From: Thermoprotei archaeon
GTDB lineage: Archaea; Thermoproteota; Thermoprotei; Thermoproteales; B15-G16
Direction of reading: 5' to 3'
DNA length: 64,000 nt
Assembly (NCBI GenBank): GCA_003649205.1
Contig: QMRC01000003.1
Location: 192,001-256,000, forward strand
The position numbers and the translations under genes were made by a program. The notes beneath the pieces are model-generated. The model was not told the DNA's origin. It searched no databases and worked only from the letters and a program-made list of their open reading frames with translations. How positions within the stretch are numbered: position 1 is the stretch's first letter; each line of letters begins with the position of its first letter. Positions 38,642 through 48,917 of the stretch are shown one piece after another.

Positions 38642-38899
38642 TTAAGTATTGCCTACATCCCTTCTCCGTACAACCCATAGACCTCTCACATTCACTAACT
38701 CCAGAAATCCTAGTTGTTCGAGTTCCTGAATTACAGCTTCAAATACGTCCTCTGTTACCTTAACTTCGTCTTCGACTAGTTGTCTAACCATGTCATAGAG
38801 CATGTTCTTCGGTATAGAATCATTGTGTTCAAGTAAGATGAATTCGATAGCTCTTTTAACTAATCTGTAGCATAGTAGGTAGTTTGTGAAGTCTCTCAT
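38642..38899 (-). CDS. Small winged-helix-like protein
   Basis: FEAVIQELEQLGFLELV pattern; abuts the upstream gene. Confidence 0.55.
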   Translation of the reverse strand: MRDFTNYLLCYRLVKRAIEFILLEHNDSIPKNMLYDMVRQLVEDEVKVTEDVFEAVIQELEQLGFLELVNVRGLWVVRRRDVGNT

Positions 38900-39091
38900 C
38901 TACCTACCCAAACTTCCTTCATTCTTAACCTCTCTAACTCTTAATTTAGCAACTGGTCTCAGCACTAGTACGTGGTCATCTGCTCTGTACTCTATCTGCA
39001 TCACTGTACCAGGCTTTAGCTTCAGTGCGTTTCTGATCACAGCAGGTACCTTGATAGAGAAGTCTTTCTTAACGACTACGTACTCTCTCAC
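38900..39091 (-). CDS. AbrB/MazE/SpoVT-family DNA-binding protein
   Basis: IKVPAVIRNALKLKPG...VLVLRP. Confidence 0.8.
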   Translation of the reverse strand: MREYVVVKKDFSIKVPAVIRNALKLKPGTVMQIEYRADDHVLVLRPVAKLRVREVKNEGSLGR

Positions 39092-39149
39092 TCACAGCAC
39101 CTCGTTGTTGTAAAAGAGAAAAGTTTATTTAACGGGGTCATAAACCTGC

Positions 39150-39662
39150 TCATTCTCTAAGCAAGTGAGTATACTTAATCAACGTGTCATATGTATCCAG
39201 TACCGACTCGGGGATCACCTTAGTACCAGCTATCACAGGCATGAAGTTTGTATCACCATTCCACCTAGGTACTATGTGTATGTGTACATGCCCTTCAAAT
39301 CCTGCACCTGCAACTCTACCTATGTTGATACCTATGTTAAATCCATCAGGTCTATACACCTCACGAAGCATCTTCAAACAACGTTTTGTAAGTACCATGA
39401 GCTCTGTAAGCTCTTCATCACTTAGCTGCTCAAGTGAGGGTACATGCCTATAGGGAGCAATCATCAGATGACCTGTATTGTAGGGAAATAGATTAAGCAT
39501 TACAAGGCAGTACTTTGCACGAAAAAGCACTAGGTTTTCTCTCTCCTTACCTACTTCATCGCGAGCCTTACAGAATATACACTCCTCAGTGGGTTTCCTA
39601 ATTGCAGCGTATTTGACATATCTCATTCTCCAAGGAGCCCAGAGGAGGTCTAATGCTCTCAA
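39150..39662 (-). CDS. HIT-family hydrolase (Ap4A phosphorylase-like)
   Basis: LWAPWR, CIFC, NLFPYNTGH and HVHIHIVPRW. Confidence 0.93.
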   Translation of the reverse strand: MRALDLLWAPWRMRYVKYAAIRKPTEECIFCKARDEVGKERENLVLFRAKYCLVMLNLFPYNTGHLMIAPYRHVPSLEQLSDEELTELMVLTKRCLKMLREVYRPDGFNIGINIGRVAGAGFEGHVHIHIVPRWNGDTNFMPVIAGTKVIPESVLDTYDTLIKYTHLLRE

Positions 39663-39672
39663 GTACGTAGCC

Positions 39673-40647
39673 TCACTTCATCGGTATCTTAATGTCTAGT
39701 TCCTTAGCCAATTCCTTATACCTATTCCTAACTGTCACCTCAGTAACTCTTGCTGCCTGTGCAATTTCTTTCTGCGTTCTCACTTCTCCAAGGAGGAGTG
39801 ATGCAATGTAGATTGCTGCTGCAGCTAATCCCGCTGGATCCTTACCTGCAGTTAACCCTCTCTTTTTGGCCTCCTTAAGTATCTCAATAGCCTTCCTGAC
39901 GCACATACCACTAAGCTTTAGTTGTTCAGCTATCCTAGGTACGTAGTCTATTGGATCTGCTAGTGGTACTCTGAGGTTTATCTCCCTAAGCAATAGTCTG
40001 TAGCACCTAGCTACATCCTTTCTACCGGACTTCGTGTATCTAGCTATCTCGTCTAGTGTTCTTGGTATCTTGTACATTCTACAGGCTGCGTAGATAGCTG
40101 CTGCCATTATTGACTCAATAGACCTACCTCTAACCAGTCCCTTCTCAAGAGCTTGCCTGTATATGTCTAGTGCCTGATCCATTACGTGTCTCGGTAATCC
40201 TAGCTGCGAACCAATTCTCTGAAGCTCATTAACTGCCTGTGCTAGATTTCTCTCAATGGATGTCTGCATCCTAATTCTGATCTGCCACTTCCTCCATCTC
40301 AAGCTCTCTAGCTTTCTCTTGAGACTTAGCTCCCTACCTGTGTAGTCCTTACCCTTCCAATCTATCATCGTAACTAAGCTATCTGGTGTCAATCTAGTTA
40401 GTGGTGAACCAACTCTACTCCTCTTCTCCCTCTCTTCTGGTGTAAATGCTCTCCACTCTGGTCCTCTATCAACTATCCTCTCAGTGAATACGTAACCACA
40501 TACCTCACAAATTATCTCTCCTCTTTGGTAATCTTGAACAAACCTTGTACTACCACAGATTGGGCACCTAACCTCTTCAGTAATTTCACTACTTACGTTC
40601 TCCTTCCTACGTTCCAAACCCCTACCAGAAGTAATTTCGGTGCTCAT
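39673..40647 (-). CDS. tfb: Transcription initiation factor TFB (TFIIB)
   Basis: CPICGS zinc ribbon, GPEWRAF B-reader, and two cyclin repeats ([22 protein letters not shown]). Confidence 0.97.
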   Translation of the reverse strand: MSTEITSGRGLERRKENVSSEITEEVRCPICGSTRFVQDYQRGEIICEVCGYVFTERIVDRGPEWRAFTPEEREKRSRVGSPLTRLTPDSLVTMIDWKGKDYTGRELSLKRKLESLRWRKWQIRIRMQTSIERNLAQAVNELQRIGSQLGLPRHVMDQALDIYRQALEKGLVRGRSIESIMAAAIYAACRMYKIPRTLDEIARYTKSGRKDVARCYRLLLREINLRVPLADPIDYVPRIAEQLKLSGMCVRKAIEILKEAKKRGLTAGKDPAGLAAAAIYIASLLLGEVRTQKEIAQAARVTEVTVRNRYKELAKELDIKIPMK

Positions 40648-40740
40648 AATTCGTAACCTTTATTAACCCTTAACCACGCTCCCCTAGTTCTACCCCCTAA
40701 TAAACCTTACTATTTCTTAACTGAATGCCTCACAGCAGAT

Positions 40741-41718
40741 CTACTTACAACTCTTCACGATATTATGTAGTTTCACTAGAATCCATGGGACAAGTAGTTC
40801 TGGTGAACTTCCCTCTAGAACTCTATAGTGAAATTCACCACAGAGATCAGCTAGCTTTGGTTTTATGTACTCAGGAACGTTTAATTTGATTAGTTCTCTG
40901 TGAAGTAGCTTAGCTAGGTCAACGCCACTAATGCCATGCTCAGTCATTAAGTTGAGTAGCTTTATCGCTGCTTCACCTACCTTACCTTCCACAGCTAATT
41001 GGATTACGTTTCTCAAGTCTTTAGCACTGATCCTGCCTACGACACGGTATACTGTAGCTTCGTCAACTACTCTCGTAAGTGCAGCTGCTGCTTGAAGTAG
41101 ATTTATTGCTTTTCTCATGTCTCCACCAGTGATGTCCCAAATTGCTTCAAGAGCTTCATCAGTTATTTGAAAACCTTCGCACTTAGCTATGTACCTTAGT
41201 CTTTCGAAGACAGCATCCTTTGGTAGTGGTGAGAATCTGAAGACAGCACACCTAGATTGAATTGGCTCTATTATTCCAGATAGGTAGTTCGCTATGAGAC
41301 AGAACCTAGTAGTTCTCGAGTGTTCCTCCATGATTCTTCTAAGTGCTTGCTGAGCTTCAGACGTCATGTTGTCAGCCTCATCTAGTATCACCATCTTGAA
41401 CGGTACATCGGGTACTGTAGACATCATCCTAGCAAATTCCTTAACCTTCTCACGGATCATAGCTATACCTCTCTCATCAGATGCGTTGAGCTCTAAAACA
41501 TTCTCCTCTACCTTATCTCCATACAGTTCATACGCTAGACATAGTGCAGCAGTTGTCTTACCACAACCTGGAGGACCTACGAATAGTAAGTGGGGCATTG
41601 ACTTAGCCTTGACAAATTCCTTAAGTCTCTCAACAACATCTCTCTGATCAACCATCTCATCAAGTCTCTTAGGCCTATACTTCTCTACCCATAACTCACC
41701 AAACCTTACTCTACTCAA
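40741..41718 (-). CDS. rfcS: Replication factor C small subunit
   Basis: WVEKYRP, GPPGCGKT, LELNASDERG, LDEAD and IQSRC; no intein. Confidence 0.97.
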   Translation of the reverse strand: MSRVRFGELWVEKYRPKRLDEMVDQRDVVERLKEFVKAKSMPHLLFVGPPGCGKTTAALCLAYELYGDKVEENVLELNASDERGIAMIREKVKEFARMMSTVPDVPFKMVILDEADNMTSEAQQALRRIMEEHSRTTRFCLIANYLSGIIEPIQSRCAVFRFSPLPKDAVFERLRYIAKCEGFQITDEALEAIWDITGGDMRKAINLLQAAAALTRVVDEATVYRVVGRISAKDLRNVIQLAVEGKVGEAAIKLLNLMTEHGISGVDLAKLLHRELIKLNVPEYIKPKLADLCGEFHYRVLEGSSPELLVPWILVKLHNIVKSCK

Positions 41719-41771
41719 AAATAATCACCTCAGGAACTCCATCAATAAAGTACGTAGAGGGAGTTAACAAG

Positions 41772-42185
41772 TTATATCCTATACCTTGATTCTCTAGATG
41801 TCTCTCCTCTCTCCTCTTCCTCCTCTTCAAAGAGAGGGTGAAGTTCTTCCCTACTCTCAAGCAACTTAACTAGGTGATTTCTGTACTCATTAACGTGCTC
41901 AATACTTAGGTCGAGAATCTTCAGCATTATATTGGACAACCTCTCTTGAACCTCCTTAACAACTTCAAGCGGCATGGGACCTACGATGAATGGTGATTGA
42001 AGCCAAGTCTCAAATCCCTTGATAGTCTTAAGCATTCTACTGCAGACATACCTTATGGTGAGAATTAGGTCCAATCTATCACACTTATCTAGCTTACTCC
42101 TATACCTCCTAATAAATTCAAGAACTCTCTTCTGATCTTCAACCCAAACATCTAGATTCCTGAGGAAGGTCTCAACATCTCTCAT
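41772..42185 (-). CDS. DUF2153 family protein
   Basis: LDVWVEDQ, DRLDLI and KGFETWLQSP....MP. Confidence 0.8.
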   Translation of the reverse strand: MRDVETFLRNLDVWVEDQKRVLEFIRRYRSKLDKCDRLDLILTIRYVCSRMLKTIKGFETWLQSPFIVGPMPLEVVKEVQERLSNIMLKILDLSIEHVNEYRNHLVKLLESREELHPLFEEEEEERGETSRESRYRI

Positions 42186-42232
42186 ACTACATCACCAAAT
42201 TACTTGCAGTAACAACTACCTCCTACTCACTT

Positions 42233-43303
42233 TTATCCCTTCCGTGTACCTACCTCAGCAAGTACCTTAACAAAGAAGAATCCAGATAGTACGAGTGGTG
42301 TATAGTAGGTTATGATTCTCCACCAAACTAGAAGTGAACCAACTACCTCCCTACCTAACCACATGGAGTAGAGGACTACGAAGCTTATATCAAAGAGACC
42401 GCTACCACCGGGTAGTATTGGTATGGCGAGCACTGCATGTAGTAGTACTTGGAGACAGGTATTTAGTATGAAGTCGAAGCTAGGGTCCAGTCCAGATATT
42501 AGGAAGTAGGCAACTGTGAAGAGATTTATCCAGTGAGCAATTGTCAATACCATCAAGATAGTTAGTACTTTTGCGCCGCACTGGAGTAGGCTTCTTAAGC
42601 TCTTGCACCAGCTATCTAGCTCGAGTTCTACTTTACTCATGACTTTCTGTATGTCGTTATTGTTGAGTCTATTCTTCAGTACCTGTGTATTAGCTACTTT
42701 CTCAGCTAGTTTCCTCACTACTCCTATGATTTTATGCATTGTTTTCTCATTGAGTAGTCTATACACAGTTAGGTAGAGGAGTGCTGTAGGTGTAACAAAG
42801 ACGAGGAGTGTGAGTAGCATGAAGAAGCTACTGATACTGAAAAACGACCTCAGGTACGTGAAAGCTAGTAGCGATAGTATGCATAGTCCTGTGGTGTCTA
42901 GGATTATCTCCCACATAGCTACTGTCACTGCTTCTCCATAGCTGATACCCCCATACCTTGAGTAGAGATACACTCTGAGTGGTTCACCACCGAAGTATGT
43001 TGGTGTTATTAGTGATAGGTATAGGGATGATAGATTGACTTTGAGCGCGTTGAGAAGTGTGATATGTGATCCCAAGGTCTTTACTAGGATTCTTGCTCTT
43101 AAAGCTATTAGTATCCAGTGTGTGAGCAGTGCCATGTACGCTAGTATTAGGTAGCTAATGCTTAGCTTAGGTACGTGAGAGAGATCAATTATTCCAAGAT
43201 GCCAAAGCACTATTACCGTAATTACGTTCACTGTGATACCTATGACCAGACCTAGCACTCTCTCTCGTCTGAGTACTAACTTCATGAGCATCTCTCCTTT
43301 CAA
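42233..43303 (-). CDS. Flippase-like (LPG-synthase TM / AglD2 type) membrane protein
   Basis: ITPTYFGGEP, PILPGGSG and WRIITYY. Confidence 0.85.
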   Translation of the reverse strand: MKGEMLMKLVLRRERVLGLVIGITVNVITVIVLWHLGIIDLSHVPKLSISYLILAYMALLTHWILIALRARILVKTLGSHITLLNALKVNLSSLYLSLITPTYFGGEPLRVYLYSRYGGISYGEAVTVAMWEIILDTTGLCILSLLAFTYLRSFFSISSFFMLLTLLVFVTPTALLYLTVYRLLNEKTMHKIIGVVRKLAEKVANTQVLKNRLNNNDIQKVMSKVELELDSWCKSLRSLLQCGAKVLTILMVLTIAHWINLFTVAYFLISGLDPSFDFILNTCLQVLLHAVLAIPILPGGSGLFDISFVVLYSMWLGREVVGSLLVWWRIITYYTPLVLSGFFFVKVLAEVGTRKG

Positions 43304-43380
43304 CTCGTCGTAGTTATGAGGTATAAGAAAAAAGTTTAAAGTACAGGTATTGAGGTGCTTCTGGGTAAGGGACTTTAGTC

Positions 43381-44037
43381 ATGAATATCTTAATTGTTGG
43401 AGCCAATGAGATAACGGCTGAGCTAGCCAAGAAGCTAGCTCAGAAAGGTCATTCCGTTATCCTGGTTGGTAGAGATGCTAGCATATGTGAAGAGGTTGCT
43501 GCTACTTCTGATGTATTGGTAGTTACAGGTGACTACACGGATTTGGATTTTCTTGAGCGTCAGGGTATAGAGTTTAAGCGTATGGATGTCGTTGTCATAG
43601 CTACTGGTAGTGATGAAGTAAACCTGATGTTATCTGTCATAGCTAAGAACTTGGGGGCAGATAGGGTTATTACCTTGGTCAATAATGAGAAGATTGAGAG
43701 AATACTCATGAGGTTAGGTATTGAGTGTCTCGGTTTTTCCAAGACTATTGCCGCACTCTTAGAGGCACGTGTAGAAGGTAGGAGAACTGTTACTGAGCTT
43801 CTTGAAGCAATGGGCTCAGACTATAGGTTGGTTGCTCTTCAGATTGAGGAGGATGACACTAGCGTTGGTAAGAGATTGAGTGAGTTACCTCTACCATCCA
43901 TGAGTAGGATATTGGCTGTTTTTGATGGTGAAAAGCTCGTTCTCCCTGATCAGGATATCACGATTAAGCCTGGCTCTGTAATCATAGCTCTAGTACATAA
44001 GGACCATGTCAAGCAGTTTAGGGAGACGTTTAAGTAG
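43381..44037 (+). CDS. trkA: TrkA/KTN (RCK-N plus RCK-C) protein
   Basis: Rossmann ILIVGA, GD.TD...L, ATGSDEVN and VGKRLSEL.LP. Confidence 0.8.
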   Translation: MNILIVGANEITAELAKKLAQKGHSVILVGRDASICEEVAATSDVLVVTGDYTDLDFLERQGIEFKRMDVVVIATGSDEVNLMLSVIAKNLGADRVITLVNNEKIERILMRLGIECLGFSKTIAALLEARVEGRRTVTELLEAMGSDYRLVALQIEEDDTSVGKRLSELPLPSMSRILAVFDGEKLVLPDQDITIKPGSVIIALVHKDHVKQFRETFK

Positions 44038-44051
44038 GTAGAGGGTTTTGG

Positions 44052-44825
44052 ATGGTGTTTGAGCTTGCTTTCATAACTAAAGAGCAGGGAATTAGTTTAC
44101 TTGTTGTGATAATCACGGTGCTAATCATCAGAATCGGTCTAGGTAAACTCATTACTAGGTTAGAAAGGAAAGATGTTATACTACCTTCAACAGCTGATGA
44201 ACTTAGGAACGTACTCAATCTATTCGTAACCATAATACTCATCATGGCAATAATCTCAATACTACTTGTACGGGTTTCACAGTACATAGCCTATGGTGTG
44301 TTAATACTATTTGCAGTAGCTTTGATATCCATTAGAGATGTCATAGCTAATTACATATCTTACTACGTGATAGTCCTATCTAGAGTTGTGTCAACAAGGG
44401 ATGTTGTTCACCTGAGAGAGAGCGACATCAGGGGTAGGGTAATTAGGATAACCCCTATGTACACTGAGATTCGAACTGATGAAGGTCACATAGTTAGGAT
44501 ACCAAATTACGACCTCTTGAGAACCCCAATAATGATTTATCGTGGTCTATACAGGATATGTATAATGTTGAGAATAAGAGGTAGGGGTAGAGTTAATGTG
44601 AAGGAGATTGAGGATAAGATTAGGTCATTTCTAGAGAAATATGGTGAGATCGATAAGAGTAAACCACCTGAGATAGTGTTGTCCGACTTATCAGAGGAAG
44701 AGTGTTACATGAGGATTACCGTGTACGTAGCTAATCCAGAGAGAGTTAGTAGAGTCGCTATGGACCTAGTTGAGAGATTGAAGCGAGTACTAGCACCTCT
44801 TGAAGTAACAGCACACACAGCTTAG
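44052..44825 (+). CDS. MscS-family mechanosensitive channel
   Basis: Three TMs followed by G.V..I...YT.IRT..G..V.IPN. Confidence 0.85.
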   Translation: MVFELAFITKEQGISLLVVIITVLIIRIGLGKLITRLERKDVILPSTADELRNVLNLFVTIILIMAIISILLVRVSQYIAYGVLILFAVALISIRDVIANYISYYVIVLSRVVSTRDVVHLRESDIRGRVIRITPMYTEIRTDEGHIVRIPNYDLLRTPIMIYRGLYRICIMLRIRGRGRVNVKEIEDKIRSFLEKYGEIDKSKPPEIVLSDLSEEECYMRITVYVANPERVSRVAMDLVERLKRVLAPLEVTAHTA

Positions 44826-45400
44826 CTAGCTCTAACGTAGATGTCACCTCTCTTCAGTACGTAACCTAGCCTATTTAGTAATACAAAGAGCTGCTGTTCA
44901 CGCTCAGTAAGTACCTTATCTACGTCAGTTACCTTGAGCGGTAGCTTCGCTAGTATTCTTTCAATAACGTTTTTTGTCGTTACGACCTCTACATTAAGAC
45001 CTTCATCACGTAAATGAACTAATGCACCCTCCTCAATTAACCTCTGGAGCTTCTTCTTAGCCTTGATTTCTGATGGGAATACGTAAACCCTACTCTCAAT
45101 GTACTGGACAAGATCCTCATAGTACTTTCTCACTTCTTTCTTCACTCTTCTTCGCTCCCTAACCTCTAATAGTTCACGAAGTTCATCTAGTTTACCTTTC
45201 AAGACCTCGATCTCTCCCTCAATAACATCTAGTCTGCTCAGAATCTCCCTCAACACCTCACTCTGCTCTAGGAATCTCTTAATCACGTATTCTAGAGCTT
45301 CACCCTCACTTCTTAAACCAGCTACCTCCTTAATAACCTTCAGCAACCTATACCCATCCTCAGTTATCTTAACCTCTCTCACACCAGACATAGCTATCAT
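44822..45400 (-). CDS. Hypothetical protein (RHH-like N-terminus, coiled coil)
   Basis: 192-aa ORF translationally coupled to the GTPase. Confidence 0.6.
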   Translation of the reverse strand: MIAMSGVREVKITEDGYRLLKVIKEVAGLRSEGEALEYVIKRFLEQSEVLREILSRLDVIEGEIEVLKGKLDELRELLEVRERRRVKKEVRKYYEDLVQYIESRVYVFPSEIKAKKKLQRLIEEGALVHLRDEGLNVEVVTTKNVIERILAKLPLKVTDVDKVLTEREQQLFVLLNRLGYVLKRGDIYVRAS

Positions 45401-46569
45401 CCAGTGTGAATCTCAACAATATCACGATCTTGAAGAACATAATCCTTACCAACTCTAAGTACTCTCTTTCTACTACCTTCAAATCTAATTATCTTCGCGT
45501 ACTTAAAGTTCTCAGCTAATTTCCTGTGAATTCTCTCAGCAACATCTATCACTGTTGAACCAGCCTTTATTAGTAGAGGTTTCTCATCAGGTGCATCACG
45601 GTATGGACTCTTCGTGTACACTCTAATTAAATTGAGCGTAGTGAGTATGGTCTTAGCTATGAGCCCTCTATCCAGTCCCTTACCTGTCAAGCTAGAGACC
45701 GTGAGCACTGGATACCTCTCACCAACTACCTTAGTGAATTCCCTAACTGTAACCTCATCAGCTACATCGAGCTTAGTCCCAATGACTATCGCTGGCTTGT
45801 AGACGTACTCCTCAAATATAGCTCTCTCAATGTCGTCTAGAGTAGCTTCACCAATTATCCTAACAAGTGCATGATGTATCCTGTACTCACTAAGTAACTT
45901 CCTTACATCATCTACTGTACAGCCAACTAACTTACCGACAACCTGAATACCACCACTAACTCTCCTCTCAATCTCGACGATAGCTCTCGGCTTATTAATC
46001 AAGATATGTGCTCTCTCAAGCTCACTTCTAAGGATCTCGAACTGTCTTAATGGATCACTACTCAGATCAACAACAAGTATTAAACCATCGGCATTCCTAG
46101 CAATTGACATAGCTAAAGTAGTTAGTGTACTCTCACCGCCAGGTACTATTGATGGTGCTTCAACTAGTTGGAAGTACATGTTCTCAAAAATAAACATACC
46201 AGGTACAGGTAACTTCGTAGTGTAGGGTACATCGCTAACCTCAACCTTAGCATTGGTGAGAGCACGGAGAAGAGCGCTCTTACCTGAGTTAGCTAACCCA
46301 AGTAGAGCTAACTGAACATCACCCTCCTTACCCACGTATACCTTAACTCTCTTAGCACCAGCAGCTTTCCTAACTCTCTCCCTAAGCTCAATCTCTCTCT
46401 TTAATTCAGCAATCCTACGTCTAACAAATGAAATCAACTTCTCAGTACCCTTGTGCTTAGGGACTGAAGATAGGAACTCCTGAAGTGCCTTAATCTTCTC
46501 CTCTGGAGTCCTAGCTTCCATCACCTTAATCCACTTCGCCTTGGCTTCAGCTGGTAGGTTTGTTACCAT
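45397..46569 (-). CDS. DRG/Obg-family GTP-binding protein with a TGS domain
   Basis: MVTNLPAEA, PKHKGTE, GLANSGKS, PYTT, TKLD, RVYTK and the TGS motif VGKDYVLQDRDIVEI. Confidence 0.93.
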   Translation of the reverse strand: MVTNLPAEAKAKWIKVMEARTPEEKIKALQEFLSSVPKHKGTEKLISFVRRRIAELKREIELRERVRKAAGAKRVKVYVGKEGDVQLALLGLANSGKSALLRALTNAKVEVSDVPYTTKLPVPGMFIFENMYFQLVEAPSIVPGGESTLTTLAMSIARNADGLILVVDLSSDPLRQFEILRSELERAHILINKPRAIVEIERRVSGGIQVVGKLVGCTVDDVRKLLSEYRIHHALVRIIGEATLDDIERAIFEEYVYKPAIVIGTKLDVADEVTVREFTKVVGERYPVLTVSSLTGKGLDRGLIAKTILTTLNLIRVYTKSPYRDAPDEKPLLIKAGSTVIDVAERIHRKLAENFKYAKIIRFEGSRKRVLRVGKDYVLQDRDIVEIHTG

Positions 46570-46613
46570 TGTGTCTACCTCATGTCTTGTGATTAGGGAG
46601 AGAGGGTAATAAA

Positions 46614-47096
46614 GTGATGTGTGTAATCTCACTGGGGAACTACTTGCTACCTATGCTAGTAATTACTATCGTAGTGGTAGTTCTAGTGCTGGTGATAGTG
46701 AAGCAGTTGAGGAGGCATGTACTCAATATACTTGAAAAGTTGATCCCGAGTCTAGTACCCTACGGTGCTGATCTATACTCGATAGCTCATACCTACGGTC
46801 TGGATGCAGTGTTCATACTGAACTACGAAGGTAGCGTCATCGAGGCTCTCACGCACGGTGATGTAGGTAGAGAAGCGAGTTCTCTCTACATGCTGTACAC
46901 AGCTGTGAGAGAATTCGATGTTACTGCTAGGGACTTCGTTCTCGATCTTGGTAGGGAAAGAGTTATTGCTGTTTCTGTTGATGAAGGTGGTAGGTATATT
47001 GCGTTGGTGAGAACGAGAAGGAGGATTACGAAGAAGTACTTAACTAGGTTGAGGTTCTGTTTGAGGGATTATGTGAGGAGTAGGGGTTTAGTATGA
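46614..47096 (+). CDS. Membrane-anchored roadblock/LC7-like protein
   Basis: GTG ATG TGT GTA reads on the + strand (the ORF track labels it -); TM helix, then AVFILNYEGSVI...EASSLYML beta-beta-alpha-beta-beta-beta-alpha pattern. Confidence 0.55.
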   Translation: MMCVISLGNYLLPMLVITIVVVVLVLVIVKQLRRHVLNILEKLIPSLVPYGADLYSIAHTYGLDAVFILNYEGSVIEALTHGDVGREASSLYMLYTAVREFDVTARDFVLDLGRERVIAVSVDEGGRYIALVRTRRRITKKYLTRLRFCLRDYVRSRGLV

Positions 47097-47875
47097 GCGC
47101 AACAGCTAGGGAGTACTGGAGGAGAGTTAGGAGGGTTATCGATGATGCGGATGTCGTTCTTGAGGTAGTTGATGCTAGAGATCCTGAGGTTACTAGGTGT
47201 AGAGAAGTTGAGAATACTGTTCGTAGATTGGGTAAGCAACTAATCATAGTGATCAATAAGGCAGATCTAATACCTCGTGACGTAGTTGAGAAGTGGAAGG
47301 AATATCTTAGTCAGGAGCACCCTACCGTGTACATCAGCGCTAAGGAGAGGAAAGGTACACGTAAGCTCAGGATAGCTATTAAGGCTGTTGCACCTAGATT
47401 ACCTGTTAAGGTAGCTATTGTTGGGTACCCAAATGTCGGTAAGTCAACAATAATAAATGTACTCAAGGGTAGGTACTCAGCACCAACATCACCTGTACCT
47501 GGCTGGACTAGAGGTGAGCAGATTGTTCGCATACACACGTGGCTAATAGTAATCGATACCCCAGGTGTCGTACCAATACCATCAGAGAATGCTGATGTCG
47601 TGTTGAGGTGCATGGTACCACCTGAGGAGATAGACGATCCTGTCCCCATAGCACTTGAGCTAATAGGTAAGGTACTGAAGTACACACCAGATGCATTTAA
47701 GACTTGTCTAGGAGTTGAAGGTAGTGAACCCATGGAGATACTGGAGAACTATGCAAGGAGAAGAGGCTTCCTCCTTAAGGGTGGTAAACTAAATCTTGAG
47801 GAAGCTGCAAGGAGTTTAATTAGGGATTGGCAGAGAGGTAAACTAGTGTACTACTATGAACCACCACCTAGATAG
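47093..47875 (+). CDS. YlqF/RbgA-family circularly permuted GTPase
   Basis: VVDARDP, NKAD, SAK, GYPNVGKS and DTPG in G4-G5-G1-G3 order. Confidence 0.93.
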   Translation: MSATAREYWRRVRRVIDDADVVLEVVDARDPEVTRCREVENTVRRLGKQLIIVINKADLIPRDVVEKWKEYLSQEHPTVYISAKERKGTRKLRIAIKAVAPRLPVKVAIVGYPNVGKSTIINVLKGRYSAPTSPVPGWTRGEQIVRIHTWLIVIDTPGVVPIPSENADVVLRCMVPPEEIDDPVPIALELIGKVLKYTPDAFKTCLGVEGSEPMEILENYARRRGFLLKGGKLNLEEAARSLIRDWQRGKLVYYYEPPPR

Positions 47876-48254
47876 ACGTCATACATACATCAGTAAGATA
47901 CTATCCACCTACAGAGCACTACTCACTATAGACCATACCGTACTCAGAGAGCTACTACCTAGTACTCGTAAGTTCATTATAGTCGATGAGGTGAGTACTA
48001 TAGTTAGAGGCTTACCCACTTCCATAAGGTTTTGCATCGAAGCTAGTTCTAGAGGATTGTGCATTGTCGAATACAGAAATGTGAAGTACATTAATCCTAC
48101 TGAGCTTGACAATCTCATCACCGAGATCTATGGAAAACTACCGACTGCTGTCCTAAGGAAGAAGTCTAGACGACTATGGACCTTACTGAAGAGAGCACTT
48201 AAGGAATTAGGTGGAGTAGAGTCTCAAATCTCTATGTATCCTATAGAGTCTTAG
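47856..48254 (+). CDS. Hypothetical protein
   Basis: 132-aa ORF filling the gap, with short overlaps at both ends. Confidence 0.45.
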   Translation: MNHHLDRRHTYISKILSTYRALLTIDHTVLRELLPSTRKFIIVDEVSTIVRGLPTSIRFCIEASSRGLCIVEYRNVKYINPTELDNLITEIYGKLPTAVLRKKSRRLWTLLKRALKELGGVESQISMYPIES

Positions 48255-48725
48255 AACTGTAATCCACTCAGAGACGATCTTCGGTATAATGATTTCAAGA
48301 GGGATACCACGACCAATACCACTGCACACCTTATCAATATAGACGTAAACCTTAATTGACTTACCAAGTGGACTACGGTACACGTATACGGCATCCTCAT
48401 CACGGGAATCTACTACACCAAGTGGCTTATCCGTCACGTAGAATGGATAGCACCTACACACTATTGGACGTTCAAGGTATATACTACAGCGGTAACCTAG
48501 AGGAGTTCTCTCAAGAAATACACATGAGCCATCTGGTTTGGATCTTAGGTAGAATTTACCATTTCTTTCCTCAACTACAGGACCGTACTTCATGATGTAG
48601 TAGAGTGCTTCATGGGGGTAGAGTGGTACTAGAAACTTTATACAGCACTTACCGCACCTAACACAGTGCCAGTACTTTACCCACCTCCATGGTACGTATT
48701 CATGAGCTACTTCTGTATTACTCAT
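48207..48725 (-). CDS. YkgJ-family (CxxCxxCC) Zn/Fe-chelating protein
   Basis: CVRCGKCC, CVFL and CSIY.ERP..CRCYPF. Confidence 0.88.
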   Translation of the reverse strand: MSNTEVAHEYVPWRWVKYWHCVRCGKCCIKFLVPLYPHEALYYIMKYGPVVEERNGKFYLRSKPDGSCVFLERTPLGYRCSIYLERPIVCRCYPFYVTDKPLGVVDSRDEDAVYVYRSPLGKSIKVYVYIDKVCSGIGRGIPLEIIIPKIVSEWITVLRLYRIHRDLRLYST

Positions 48726-48917
48726 CTACATCACATCTACAGCTGCTGTACTGAGATGTGGTGTTAGTAACCTATTGGTAATCTCACTATGTGGAAGAGA
48801 TGGAGGAGTAAAAAATCTATCCTCGTGCACCTATGTATGTGTGATTTGATGCTACCTTTACTTTAGCTGTGAGCTATCCTTATAAGATCCTTATAGTTTA
48901 GTACCTTGTGATACGTC

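Noticed and set aside
38642-39091. AbrB plus downstream gene as a VapBC/MazEF toxin-antitoxin pair
   Set aside because: The downstream protein looks like a winged helix with no PIN or MazF motifs, and the pair sits in a housekeeping run (tfb, HIT, rpl13e)
46614-47096. ORF-track label of - strand for the MMCVISLGNY... protein
   Set aside because: The codons GTG ATG TGT GTA ATC read directly on the + strand from 46614, so it is annotated as +
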